DNA from: a virus
Taxonomy: Duplodnaviria > Caudoviricetes
Reading direction: 5' to 3' (one strand)
Length of the DNA: 50,356 bases
Virus record (IMG/VR): IMGVR_UViG_3300032280_000468
Location: 1-50,356 of that record
Part shown: in pieces, positions 38,376 through 47,329 of the stretch
How positions within the stretch are numbered: the first letter of the stretch is position 1
Layout: every line of letters begins with the position of its first letter
Program-made: the position numbers and the translations under genes
The notes under the pieces: generated by a model
What the model was told of the DNA's origin: nothing
Seen by the model: only the letters and a program-made list of their open reading frames with translations
The model's database searches: none

Positions 38376-38999
38376 ATGGAAAAAGTAAAATATTTCGAAC
38401 AATTTTTAAATGAGAGAGAACTTCCCGATAACCAAGGGGAAGTTCTCGTCATTTTAGGGGCACCCGGATCTGGGAAGGGAACATTGGCAAAAGTTCTACA
38501 GAGTGATTATGGAATTCATCACATATCCACTGGTGATCTAATTAGAAATTCTGATGACGAGGATCTTAAAAAAATAATAGCTGACGGTAATCTAATACCA
38601 GATTCTATGATGGTTAAGATGCTGGTTGCAGAGATTAAGAAAATAGATGCCTCGGAGGGTGTTATATTTGACGGCTTTCCTAGAACAATTAAACAAGCCA
38701 AAAAATTAGATTCAATCCTGGGTAAAATGGGATTGGGATTAAATCACGCTATATTTTTAGATCTCGACGAGGAAACTGCCAAAAAGAGAATAAAGGATAG
38801 AGCTAAGAAAGAGGACAGAAAGGATGATTCCAGCGATGAAATAATAGATAATAGATTCAAGGAATATCACGATAAAACATTCCCTCTGGTTGATTTCTAT
38901 AAAAGAAGCAGAAAGCTTCTTAAAATAGAAGCAGAAGGCGGAAAGGACAAGGTACTTTCTAAAGTTGTTGAAAAATTGGGACTTAAGAAGAAGAAATAA
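38376..38999 (+). CDS. adk: Adenylate kinase (short LID) with an extra capsid-targeting-like N-terminal peptide
   Basis: GAPGSGKGT, HISTGDLIR, DGFPRT, R.DD; N-terminal extension MEKVKYFEQFLNE. Confidence 0.92.
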   Translation: MEKVKYFEQFLNERELPDNQGEVLVILGAPGSGKGTLAKVLQSDYGIHHISTGDLIRNSDDEDLKKIIADGNLIPDSMMVKMLVAEIKKIDASEGVIFDGFPRTIKQAKKLDSILGKMGLGLNHAIFLDLDEETAKKRIKDRAKKEDRKDDSSDEIIDNRFKEYHDKTFPLVDFYKRSRKLLKIEAEGGKDKVLSKVVEKLGLKKKK

Positions 39000-39018
39000 T
39001 CCCATAAAAATCTTATCA

Positions 39019-39666
39019 ATGGGTACTACAAGTGGGGATTTTGTAAATTCCATAAGGAATCTACTAAATAGAAAAAGAACCGACGAGAATAGAAAAAGAG
39101 CTATTCTCAGGGAGATCTTCGAGTCGATCTCGGATTCATTAAAGAAATCAGGAAAGGTCGAGATTAGGAGTGTAAAGGATTTCGAAACCAATGAGATCTC
39201 GTATATTCTGAACCTTTACATGGAATCGGATAACATATATGATGATTTTGGCGGAATAGTCGGAAATTCAGATTCTATTGTTAGAGGTCACAAAATAGAT
39301 CAGAAAAACTCGGTCTATGCTATAAATTTTGGCAAATCCTTAATTTCAAATTCTAGCTCAGATACTGACTGCTTCATAGAGCTAAAGATTACTGGGAAAT
39401 ACTATTTCACAGTAAAGATAAGTCTTAAAAGTGAAAATATCAGCTATCAAATTTACGAGAGTAATTATTTCTATTTAAAAATGTGGATTTTTGATGGATC
39501 TGATTTTTCTAATCATGAAATCCAGATAAGAACTCCAGATAGGAATAAAAAGAGGATGAGGGTGGATCTAAATGACCATTACGTTCTAAATATTATTTTC
39601 GACGAGATGGGAGAGATAACCGAAACAAATATTTCTAAAAAAAGAGGAGCAAAATTGAATTTTTAG
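39019..39666 (+). CDS. Hypothetical protein
   Basis: ORF fills the gap; ATG 39019 preferred over the overlapping TTG 38965. Confidence 0.55.
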   Translation: MGTTSGDFVNSIRNLLNRKRTDENRKRAILREIFESISDSLKKSGKVEIRSVKDFETNEISYILNLYMESDNIYDDFGGIVGNSDSIVRGHKIDQKNSVYAINFGKSLISNSSSDTDCFIELKITGKYYFTVKISLKSENISYQIYESNYFYLKMWIFDGSDFSNHEIQIRTPDRNKKRMRVDLNDHYVLNIIFDEMGEITETNISKKRGAKLNF

Positions 39667-39697
39667 CATATAAATAGAAACAGATAAACAAACCGCA

Positions 39698-40981
39698 ATG
39701 TCTAAAAACAAAATGAAAAAGAAAAGCCCGGTTCAGATGAGAAGCGTGATCTCTCCGGTAGCTATACAATCACCATCTGCAAATCCAGGTAAACAAACAA
39801 TTAGTCTATGTCTTGTTATGATCGTAAAAGACGAGGAGGACACAATGGAAAGATGTTTAAGAGCAGTTTCTCCTTATATTCAATATTGGGTGATAGTTGA
39901 TACCGGATCTAGCGACAAAACAAAAGAGGTTATCCAAAAGACGATGGACGATCTTGGTATTCCAGGAGAGCTTCACGAAAAACCTTGGGTTAACTTCGAA
40001 GTGAACCGAACAGAAAGTTTAAATCTAGCTAAAAATAAATGTGATTACAGATGGGTTATCGATGCGGATGATACATTCTTTACCGAGGTTCCGTCCGTAA
40101 ATCCTTTTGCTGGATTGGACACTAATCCAGATTGCTACCAGCTTCTTTATAAATTAAACCAGCTCCAATATAACAGAGCACAAATAGTTAAATCTGACCA
40201 AAATTGGATTTATAAGGGTGTTCTTCACGAATATTTATATTTGGACGAGGAAAGGATCGAGGTGTCACAGGTTCCGATTAAGGGATGTTATGTGATGGCG
40301 GATATCTCCCCTTTAAAAAGAGCTGGAAGTCTAGAAGAAAAATACTCTAACGACGCTAAAATTCTAGAGGATGCTTTGGTTAATGAACCTGACAACGAAA
40401 GATACATGTTTTATCTAGCTCAGAGTTATAGAGATGCTAACAAACTAGAGAAATCTATCGAGTGCTACCAGAAAAGAGTTGACATGAAGGGATGGGAGGA
40501 AGAAGTTTACTACTCCATGTATATGATAGCTAAAATCAGCGAAAGAATCGGTAAACCTGATTCGGAGATTATCGAATTGTATTCTAGAGCATGGGAGTAT
40601 AGACCCGCTAGACTTGAAGCTGCTTTTCATACAATGAGAAAGCTTAGAGATCAAGGAAGGCACCTCGTTTCTTTTGCTTATGGTGAAATTGCCATAAAAA
40701 CTAAAGGTACCGCTGATATTCTTTTCATCGAGCCAGAAATATGGCAATGGAGACTCCTTGATGAATATTCTCTTGCAGCTTACTATATAGGTAACCCAGA
40801 AATATCTTTAGAAAAGACCGGAGCCATAATTAATGCTCCATTCTTTAAGGACATCATGAAGGAGGAGCAAACTAGACTTCTTAAGAACATGGATTTCTAT
40901 AAAAAAGGAGCTGAAGGGAAAATGAAAAAGATAAAGCAGCTTCAGGCAATGCAGAGAGCGCAAGAATTAAAGAAGGTGTAG
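39698..40981 (+). CDS. GT2 glycosyltransferase fused to TPR repeats
   Basis: LVMIVKDEE, IVDTGSSDKT, IDADD, GVLHE, followed by TPR-like FYLAQSYRD...A..Y..R. Confidence 0.9.
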   Translation: MSKNKMKKKSPVQMRSVISPVAIQSPSANPGKQTISLCLVMIVKDEEDTMERCLRAVSPYIQYWVIVDTGSSDKTKEVIQKTMDDLGIPGELHEKPWVNFEVNRTESLNLAKNKCDYRWVIDADDTFFTEVPSVNPFAGLDTNPDCYQLLYKLNQLQYNRAQIVKSDQNWIYKGVLHEYLYLDEERIEVSQVPIKGCYVMADISPLKRAGSLEEKYSNDAKILEDALVNEPDNERYMFYLAQSYRDANKLEKSIECYQKRVDMKGWEEEVYYSMYMIAKISERIGKPDSEIIELYSRAWEYRPARLEAAFHTMRKLRDQGRHLVSFAYGEIAIKTKGTADILFIEPEIWQWRLLDEYSLAAYYIGNPEISLEKTGAIINAPFFKDIMKEEQTRLLKNMDFYKKGAEGKMKKIKQLQAMQRAQELKKV

Positions 40982-40983
40982 TA

Positions 40984-40991
40984 GATATATA
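40984..40991 (+). promoter_or_regulatory. GATATATA putative late promoter
   Basis: Intergenic copy upstream of 41013. Confidence 0.55.
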
Positions 40992-41012
40992 CTATAAATA
41001 AAATATTATAAA

Positions 41013-41567
41013 ATGATACATCTTTTAGAATTCGAATCTTTCTCTAATTTTTTAGTTAAGGAGAATGACGTAAAAGGAGGAATTCCGATTTATAACGAAA
41101 CTGTTTTCATGCAGAGCAATAATACTAAGCCTGCCATGATGGTTAAATCTCCAGAATTGGTTTCAACGTTAACTAGATTATTAGAAGACCAAGAGAAGGG
41201 TGATATTGAAAGAATAATAGTTATTGCGGAAATCCCAACTCAAGGGAAAAATGCTCCTCAGTATGTAAGAGACGACGTCCAAGCAGAAAGAGAGAGAATG
41301 GCTAAAAGAAAATATGCTCTTTATGGAAGTAGAGTAGAAAGAGCGGATAGACCAGAAGAGGAAGAATACACCGATGCTATAAATATATTCGTCGATTCAG
41401 AATTTATCGTCAAGGGTGTAGTCAATAAATTAGGTAAAGATTATATTATAGCAATTCCAGACTCTAAGAAAAGAAAAGCTGAAGCTAGTAAATCCGATAT
41501 GGAATATTATACTGTCTACATAGAGCCTAAACAAGTTGATGAGGTGTTTTTTACTCCTGCTCAATAA
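41013..41567 (+). CDS. Hypothetical protein with capsid-targeting-like N-terminus
   Basis: Starts MIHLLEFESFSNFLVKE; GATATATA at 40984 and TATAAATA at 40993; followed by a terminator. Confidence 0.6.
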   Translation: MIHLLEFESFSNFLVKENDVKGGIPIYNETVFMQSNNTKPAMMVKSPELVSTLTRLLEDQEKGDIERIIVIAEIPTQGKNAPQYVRDDVQAERERMAKRKYALYGSRVERADRPEEEEYTDAINIFVDSEFIVKGVVNKLGKDYIIAIPDSKKRKAEASKSDMEYYTVYIEPKQVDEVFFTPAQ

Positions 41568-41588
41568 GATCTAAATGAAACATATCAC

Positions 41589-41621
41589 AAAAGCTCCAAT
41601 ATTAGTATTGGAGCTTTTTTT
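41589..41621 (+). terminator. Rho-independent terminator
   Basis: AAAAGCTCCAATA-TTAG-TATTGGAGCTTTT followed by a T-run. Confidence 0.85.
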
Positions 41622-41659
41622 ATGATCTAAAAATAAGCTATAATCTGAAATAATATAAT

Positions 41660-43453
41660 ATGGCTTCCAATAAGGTAAACAAAACAATCGAGGTACTAAC
41701 GGATTTTGAACACATCATTAAAAGACCCACTATGTATGTCGGGTCAGTTAAAAGAAGTGAAGAGATACTGCCCATCATAGGTGACGGATTTATAAAATCA
41801 GTAACCAAGGAACATTCGATAGGTATGTACAAGCTATTCGACGAGGTTTTTGCCAACTCGGTCGATGAGGCTAAAAGAATGCAATCCCCGATGAAAAAGA
41901 TAACTGTCGAGGTTTCATCTAAGGAGAACTCAATCTCGATTACTGATACTGGAGACGGGTTTACAAACGGTTCTGTCATTAACAAGAAGAGCGGTATGAG
42001 TAATATCGAAACAGCAGTATCTATGTTAAGAGCCGGTTCTAACTTCGATAACGATAATATAGACGAATCAATAGTTGGTACTAATGGTATGGGAGTAAGC
42101 TTGGTGAATGCACTATCATATATGTTCGAGATAGAGACAACTAACAGCAAGGAGACTTACACTCAAACATGGGATAATTTCAAATCATCCAAGCCCACCA
42201 TAAAAAATAAAACGAAAAGTAAGCAAACAGGAACAAGAGTAACCTTCGTTCCGAATGCTAGCGTTTTTGATAATTCTAAATGGGATTATTCAACCATCAG
42301 AAGTTATCTTTGTCTAAGAAAGAGAGTACTAGAAACGGAGGAAAAAACATCCGGACTTAAAATAGAGTTTATCTGGGACGGTAAACCGGAGACAATAACT
42401 TCGGAATTAAAACCCGATTGGTCAGCAAAGACACCGATAGGCGAATTACTGATATGGGAGAAAAAACAAGATTCTGGCTCATTTTCTTTTGTCAATAGTG
42501 CTTTATGTACAGGGATACACCAAAAGATCGTATACGACAAAATAAACGGGGAATTAGAGGATTCTTTGGGCCATCATTTCTACGATACCCTTCTTATATT
42601 AAACATGTCCCCGAGAATAGTAAGATTCGGCGATCAGAACAAGACAAAATTTGTTTCCAAAAGAGAGGAAGTAGAACCGACTATTATAAGAAACTTTGAT
42701 GGATCTCTCAGTAAATTTTTCCGCAGTGAAACATACAAGAAGATTAAAAAATCGGTCGATGATCGTAAGAAGGAAACAGCTTTAAAGAAAATAAGGAAAG
42801 AGAAGAAGTCAATCCGAATAAAGCACTCCAACAAATACTTTCCTCCTACATCAGGGAGAGCAGAAAATCTATTTATAGTTGAGGGACTCAGTGCGATGGG
42901 TTCTATTTTACAGAAGAGAGACCCGAAGAAGGATGGAGTCTATGCACTTAAAGGGAAAATAAAAAATGCTAGAAGCTTATCCGATCTCTCCGATAATCGC
43001 GAGATCCTGGAATTAATGCAGATCTTAAATTTAGATCCTGCCGATCAGTCACTGAATTGTCCTTTTGATAAGGTAGTGATAGCTACTGACCAGGATCCAG
43101 ACGGTGCTCACATTACATCCCTCTTAATAAATCTTTTCTATATGTGGTTCCCGTGGATGATCAAAGATGGTAGAGTTAGCTTTTTGGAAACTCCTTTAGT
43201 AACTGTCGGAGACAGAACTAAAAGATATTTCTATTCTATGGAGGAGTTCAAGAAGGGGGTAACTAAGAGCGAAAGAGGAGCAATTAGATATCTAAAAGGG
43301 TTGGGCTCTTTATCTCTGGAAGATTGGGATCATGTCATGAAGAATAAGAGAATAATTTCCATCAAGGATGATCCTAAAGCTAAGACAAATCTGGAAATGG
43401 CTTTCGGTAAATCATCAATGGAAAGAAAGAAGTGGTTAAGCTCCGAGGTTTAA
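41660..43453 (+). CDS. Type IIA topoisomerase ATPase/TOPRIM subunit (T4 gp39+60-like)
   Basis: EHIIKRPTMYVGS, EVFANSVDE, DTGDG, GTNGMG, VEGLSA, LKGK, TDQDPDGAHI, YLKGLGS. Confidence 0.93.
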   Translation: MASNKVNKTIEVLTDFEHIIKRPTMYVGSVKRSEEILPIIGDGFIKSVTKEHSIGMYKLFDEVFANSVDEAKRMQSPMKKITVEVSSKENSISITDTGDGFTNGSVINKKSGMSNIETAVSMLRAGSNFDNDNIDESIVGTNGMGVSLVNALSYMFEIETTNSKETYTQTWDNFKSSKPTIKNKTKSKQTGTRVTFVPNASVFDNSKWDYSTIRSYLCLRKRVLETEEKTSGLKIEFIWDGKPETITSELKPDWSAKTPIGELLIWEKKQDSGSFSFVNSALCTGIHQKIVYDKINGELEDSLGHHFYDTLLILNMSPRIVRFGDQNKTKFVSKREEVEPTIIRNFDGSLSKFFRSETYKKIKKSVDDRKKETALKKIRKEKKSIRIKHSNKYFPPTSGRAENLFIVEGLSAMGSILQKRDPKKDGVYALKGKIKNARSLSDLSDNREILELMQILNLDPADQSLNCPFDKVVIATDQDPDGAHITSLLINLFYMWFPWMIKDGRVSFLETPLVTVGDRTKRYFYSMEEFKKGVTKSERGAIRYLKGLGSLSLEDWDHVMKNKRIISIKDDPKAKTNLEMAFGKSSMERKKWLSSEV

Positions 43454-43491
43454 TTTTTTATACCCGAATTATTTAGTTATTTTTATAGTGT

Positions 43492-43734
43492 ATGAAATCA
43501 AAAAAATATAGAATACCAAGGAAGAAGAAAAAGCAAATCCCCGAGGGATTCTATTGTTATACGCCAACATCAGATTTCAAGAAACTTAAGGATGGAAAAT
43601 ATGGGTACACTATAAAAGAGTGTCCTTTCTATTATCAGAAATCAGAAGGCATTTTTGGTGGTTGGTGTAAACTCATAGAGGGTGAAATAATGGATCAGTG
43701 TAAATCATGCGGGGAAAAACTAGGAAAATTTTAA
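43492..43734 (+). CDS. Small Cys-rich hypothetical protein
   Basis: IPEGFYCY, CPFY, WCKL, DQCKSCG. Confidence 0.6.
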   Translation: MKSKKYRIPRKKKKQIPEGFYCYTPTSDFKKLKDGKYGYTIKECPFYYQKSEGIFGGWCKLIEGEIMDQCKSCGEKLGKF

Positions 43735-43738
43735 ATAG

Positions 43739-44668
43739 ATGGGAAGATACGGATATTGTTGTATAAATATGAGCCTTTCTGATAGAAAGATCTCTACTAA
43801 CAGAGGAATGGTAAAGAAAACATTTCTAGAGAAAGGTATAGGGTATGCTTCAGAGCTAGCTTTAAAGAATGTAATAGATTTAAGAGAAATCTTGCAATGG
43901 AATTATGACAACGGAATCCAGATGTATAGGATGTCCAGTGATATATTTCCTTGGTGCTCCGAATATGAAATCAAGGACTTACCCGATTATGATGCTATCT
44001 CATCAGTTTTAAAAGCATGCGGGTTTTTTGCAATGATGTACGATCAGAGGATAACATTTCATCCATCTCCATACGGGGTTCTGGCTTCAGAACGACCAGA
44101 TGTTGTAACGAAGGCGATAAAGGAACTTTCTCAGCATGCGGAAATATTTGATCTCATGGGACTAGACAAAAGTCACAAGTACCCTATCAATATCCATATC
44201 AACACAACAAAGCCAACAAAGGAGGATGCAGCAGACAGATTCTGCCGTAATTACGAAATGCTTCCGGATTCTGTAAAAGCCAGACTGGTTTTAGAAGTCG
44301 ATGACAAGAAATCTCAATTCCATGCAGAGGATCTCTACGAGATGGTTCATAAAAGAATTGGTATCCCGGTAACTTTCGATTATCTACACAACAAATGCAA
44401 CCCATCTTCTCTCAGCGAACGTGATGCTCTAGCATTATGTGTTAGCACTTGGCCGGAGGGAATTGTTCCAATAACGCACTATTCAGATTCTAGAAAAATA
44501 TTCGAAGATTCATCTGCTAAAGAGGTAGCTCATTCCGATTGGATTTGGGAATCACCCGAAACTTATGGACTCGAGATTGATATAGAATTTGAAGTTAAAA
44601 TGAAAGATTTAGCTTTACTTAAATACATAAAGGAAAAAGAACTGCTATATGAAGTCAAAAAATTCTAA
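43739..44668 (+). CDS. uvsE: UV-damage endonuclease (UvdE/UvsE)
   Basis: GYCCIN, YRMSSDIFP, RITFHP, NIH, RLVLEVDD, FDYLH, HYS, AHSD, EVKMKD. Confidence 0.92.
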   Translation: MGRYGYCCINMSLSDRKISTNRGMVKKTFLEKGIGYASELALKNVIDLREILQWNYDNGIQMYRMSSDIFPWCSEYEIKDLPDYDAISSVLKACGFFAMMYDQRITFHPSPYGVLASERPDVVTKAIKELSQHAEIFDLMGLDKSHKYPINIHINTTKPTKEDAADRFCRNYEMLPDSVKARLVLEVDDKKSQFHAEDLYEMVHKRIGIPVTFDYLHNKCNPSSLSERDALALCVSTWPEGIVPITHYSDSRKIFEDSSAKEVAHSDWIWESPETYGLEIDIEFEVKMKDLALLKYIKEKELLYEVKKF

Positions 44669-44891
44669 AGAGATCGAAGAGTTTGAGCAGAAGATATCTA
44701 ATCAGGATATGAATGCCCAAATTAAATATAGAGTAGATCGTTCTATCGAGGCATCCGTTAAATATGAGTATCTGGTAGAGAAATACGGAGAGGAAGAAGT
44801 AGAAGCATTAGTAAAAGATGTTATTGATCTATTCGATGTGGATTTCTATAATATCGTGAAGAAAAAATTAGAATCCGGAAAGAATGTTTGA
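44649..44891 (+). CDS. Hypothetical protein
   Basis: 80 aa ORF overlapping both neighbours. Confidence 0.55.
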   Translation: MKSKNSKEIEEFEQKISNQDMNAQIKYRVDRSIEASVKYEYLVEKYGEEEVEALVKDVIDLFDVDFYNIVKKKLESGKNV

Positions 44892-45240
44892 GGAAAATGA
44901 CGATGAATTCGGATTGGAGAGAGAAGAAAAACCAATTAGACATCCTCAATACGATATTCTAAGAAAGCACATAGAAAGATCTGTTCAGGACATGTTTCTT
45001 AGATCTTTAAGAACCCAGCCAGTTGAGCTCGTATTTATATTTGAGAATGAGGATCAGATTGAGGGATTTACCCAGAGAATCCTTAAATACTGGGAGGTGC
45101 TGGAGAAATATGAAATCTGCTCTGAAGTAATCATGCTGGCTAACCAATTAAAAGAAAAATGGAGAGATCGAGATAATCTAGAAAAGACAGAGGGATTGCT
45201 TCGAATCCAGGATATATTCAGATCAACATTTAAAGCTTAA
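44884..45240 (+). CDS. Hypothetical protein (UVR-like helical motif)
   Basis: 118 aa; [14 protein letters not shown] motif. Confidence 0.55.
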   Translation: MFEENDDEFGLEREEKPIRHPQYDILRKHIERSVQDMFLRSLRTQPVELVFIFENEDQIEGFTQRILKYWEVLEKYEICSEVIMLANQLKEKWRDRDNLEKTEGLLRIQDIFRSTFKA

Positions 45241-45242
45241 GA

Positions 45243-46268
45243 ATGGGGCAGAAAGATTACTATAAAATACTAGGCGTATCGAAGAATGCAACTCCAGAGG
45301 AGATAAAGAAAGCATATCGAAAATTAGCCCATCAGCACCACCCGGATAAAGCTGGAAATACACCAGAAGCAAAGGAAAAATTCCAGGAGATATCTGAGGC
45401 ATACGAAACACTGTCCAACCAGGATAAAAGGTCAGCTTACGATAATCCATTTTCTGGACAGAATTGGAATTGGCAAAACACAAATCCATTCCAAACCGGA
45501 GACTTCTCTAGTTTTTTTACCGGAAGACAGAATACCAGAGAAACTATGGTAAACAAGGGGAGAAATATCAGTGCATATGTTTCTGTTACCCTGGAGGAAA
45601 TGATGACGGGTGCAGTAAAGAGGATCAAGGTAAACCGTAACGTACAGTGCAGTCCATGTAAAGGAACAGGAGCGGAAAACGGTGAAACTGCATCATGCTC
45701 TTCCTGCGGTGGAATTGGTAAGGTTAACCGAACAGTACATCACACATTTGGTGAGATAGTTATGCAGGAGGACTGCTATTCTTGTAAAGGTAGCGGAGTT
45801 ACTTCTAAGGTTAATTGCTACATCTGTAGGGGTACGGGTATAGTTAGAAAAGAGGAAGAACTTGAAACGTCAATACCGAAGGGATCTATAAGCGGTGTTT
45901 CCTATCTTGTAATCGGGAAGGGAGACTGGGCAAAATCCCCGGCAAATCCTGGCGATTTAATTATAAACGTGGAGGAATATGTGCACCCAGTCTACAGAAG
46001 GGATGGTATAAACTTAATACATGATAAGCACCTATCATTTAAGGATGCTTGTCTTGGGACAACAGTTGATATCCCCGATCTTAGAGGATCCACCTTAAGA
46101 ATAAAAATACCTGCAGGAACATCTTCAGAAAAGGTGTTCAGATTACAAGGAAAGGGTATCCCAGAATTTAACGGTATAGCAAACGGAGATATCCTGGTTA
46201 AAACGTACATAAAGATACCAAAAGATCTTACTGAAGAACAATTAAAAGCACTAGAACTATTTGAATGA
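45243..46268 (+). CDS. dnaJ: DnaJ chaperone (class A)
   Basis: J-domain with HPD, four CxxCxGxG repeats, C-terminal GDL...GKG domains. Confidence 0.95.
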   Translation: MGQKDYYKILGVSKNATPEEIKKAYRKLAHQHHPDKAGNTPEAKEKFQEISEAYETLSNQDKRSAYDNPFSGQNWNWQNTNPFQTGDFSSFFTGRQNTRETMVNKGRNISAYVSVTLEEMMTGAVKRIKVNRNVQCSPCKGTGAENGETASCSSCGGIGKVNRTVHHTFGEIVMQEDCYSCKGSGVTSKVNCYICRGTGIVRKEEELETSIPKGSISGVSYLVIGKGDWAKSPANPGDLIINVEEYVHPVYRRDGINLIHDKHLSFKDACLGTTVDIPDLRGSTLRIKIPAGTSSEKVFRLQGKGIPEFNGIANGDILVKTYIKIPKDLTEEQLKALELFE

Positions 46269-46576
46269 TGGAATTTATTATCTTAATGCTATTATTTGGA
46301 TTCACTATTACTACAACTGTAGTTAATGGATCTATATTCGAAGGCTTTCGAAACTGGACAGCGGTAAAAGCACCTTTCTTCTACAAACTACTAACCTGCG
46401 TAATGTGTTTCGGTTTCTGGATCGGAGCTCTTTTATTCTGGACTCTTACGTTTACAGGATACGTTGGACCAGTAGGGGAAATGCCAATATGGTTTAATCT
46501 GATATTTTATCCGTTTTTACAGAGCACCTCTGGTGTATTTCTCGAATCGGTTATTATATTCCTAAGAAAATCTTAA
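46265..46576 (+). CDS. Small membrane protein with CxxC (DUF1360-like)
   Basis: Three hydrophobic segments; [11 protein letters not shown]. Confidence 0.55.
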   Translation: MMEFIILMLLFGFTITTTVVNGSIFEGFRNWTAVKAPFFYKLLTCVMCFGFWIGALLFWTLTFTGYVGPVGEMPIWFNLIFYPFLQSTSGVFLESVIIFLRKS

Positions 46577-46584
46577 ATAATAAA

Positions 46585-47091
46585 ATGAGTAATCTTAATA
46601 TATCTGACCAGATAAACAGTCAGTATAGAACATATGCCCTTTATGTTTTACAAAGTAGAGGAATACCTAATTTTTACGATGGTCTAACTCCGGTGCAGAG
46701 ACTGATTTTAGAGAATTCCCCCTCGAGATTCAATAAGACTATAGGATTAGTTGGTGAGGTAATTAAAACTGGTCTTTACCACCATGGGGACTGTCTTGAT
46801 GGTGAGACTCTAATAAACCTAGCGGATGGAACATCCATAAGGATTAAAGATTGGTATAAAAATAACCCGGATGCAGATCTATTGGTCAGATCCTTTGACA
46901 CAGAATCGGGTGAAGAGGTTATAGGGTATGCGCATAGTCCTAGGATAGGCCAGATAAATAACGAATACATCGAAATAGAATTGGAATCGGGTGAAATAAT
47001 AAGATGTACCGAAAACCATCCTTTTTTGGTTGGGTCTGAATGGATCAAAGCTGGCGATTTACTTGAGGGTCAGAATATAGCTAATTTGTGA
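46585..47091 (+). CDS. gp52: Topoisomerase II breakage-reunion subunit (gp52/GyrA-like) N-extein (69 aa) + split intein N-half (99 aa)
   Basis: YALYV..SRGIP..YDGLTPVQR...YHHGD then CLDGETLI (intein block A) and IRCTENHPFL (block B TxxH), then TGA. Confidence 0.9.
   Translation: MSNLNISDQINSQYRTYALYVLQSRGIPNFYDGLTPVQRLILENSPSRFNKTIGLVGEVIKTGLYHHGDCLDGETLINLADGTSIRIKDWYKNNPDADLLVRSFDTESGEEVIGYAHSPRIGQINNEYIEIELESGEIIRCTENHPFLVGSEWIKAGDLLEGQNIANL
46792..47091 (+). mobile_element. Split intein N-fragment (IntN)
   Basis: Cys1 codon TGT at 46792; block B TENH; WIKAGDLLEGQNI end typical of IntN; acidic composition. Confidence 0.88.
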
Positions 47092-47223
47092 TTTTTTAAT
47101 GCCATCATCGATATAATAACATTTTCAGAAAACCGGAATAAATGGTCATCATGTAGTATAACAATTGATGAATTAAAAATAGAAATAGAAAAATTTAACA
47201 AAAATATAAGGGATGCGGATTAA
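47092..47223 (+). pseudogene. Probable 3' relic of a homing endonuclease gene between the intein halves
   Basis: Start-less open frame FFNAIIDIITFSENRNKWSSCSITIDELKIEIEKFNKNIRDAD*; ENxxK..CSIT..EL resembles phage HNH endonuclease C-termini; its stop lies just past the IntC ATG. Confidence 0.4.
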
Positions 47224-47329
47224 ATCAATAAAAAAAATTACCCTAGATTCACCAAAGCCTTTTTATGATATAACTGTAGAAAGGTATTCTAATTTTTCCA
47301 TTGGAGAATCGAATATAATATCTCATAAT
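47213..47329 (+). mobile_element. Split intein C-fragment (IntC)
   Basis: MRIKSIKKI...FYDITVERYSNF...IISHN (blocks F and G, terminal His-Asn) followed by Ser+1; basic N-terminus. Confidence 0.9.

Noticed and set aside
47089-47091. TGA readthrough or stop-codon recoding joining the intein halves into a cis intein
   Set aside because: Readthrough ends at TAA 47221-47223 and IntC is in a different frame. TGA and TAG both end many intact genes here, so the code is standard.
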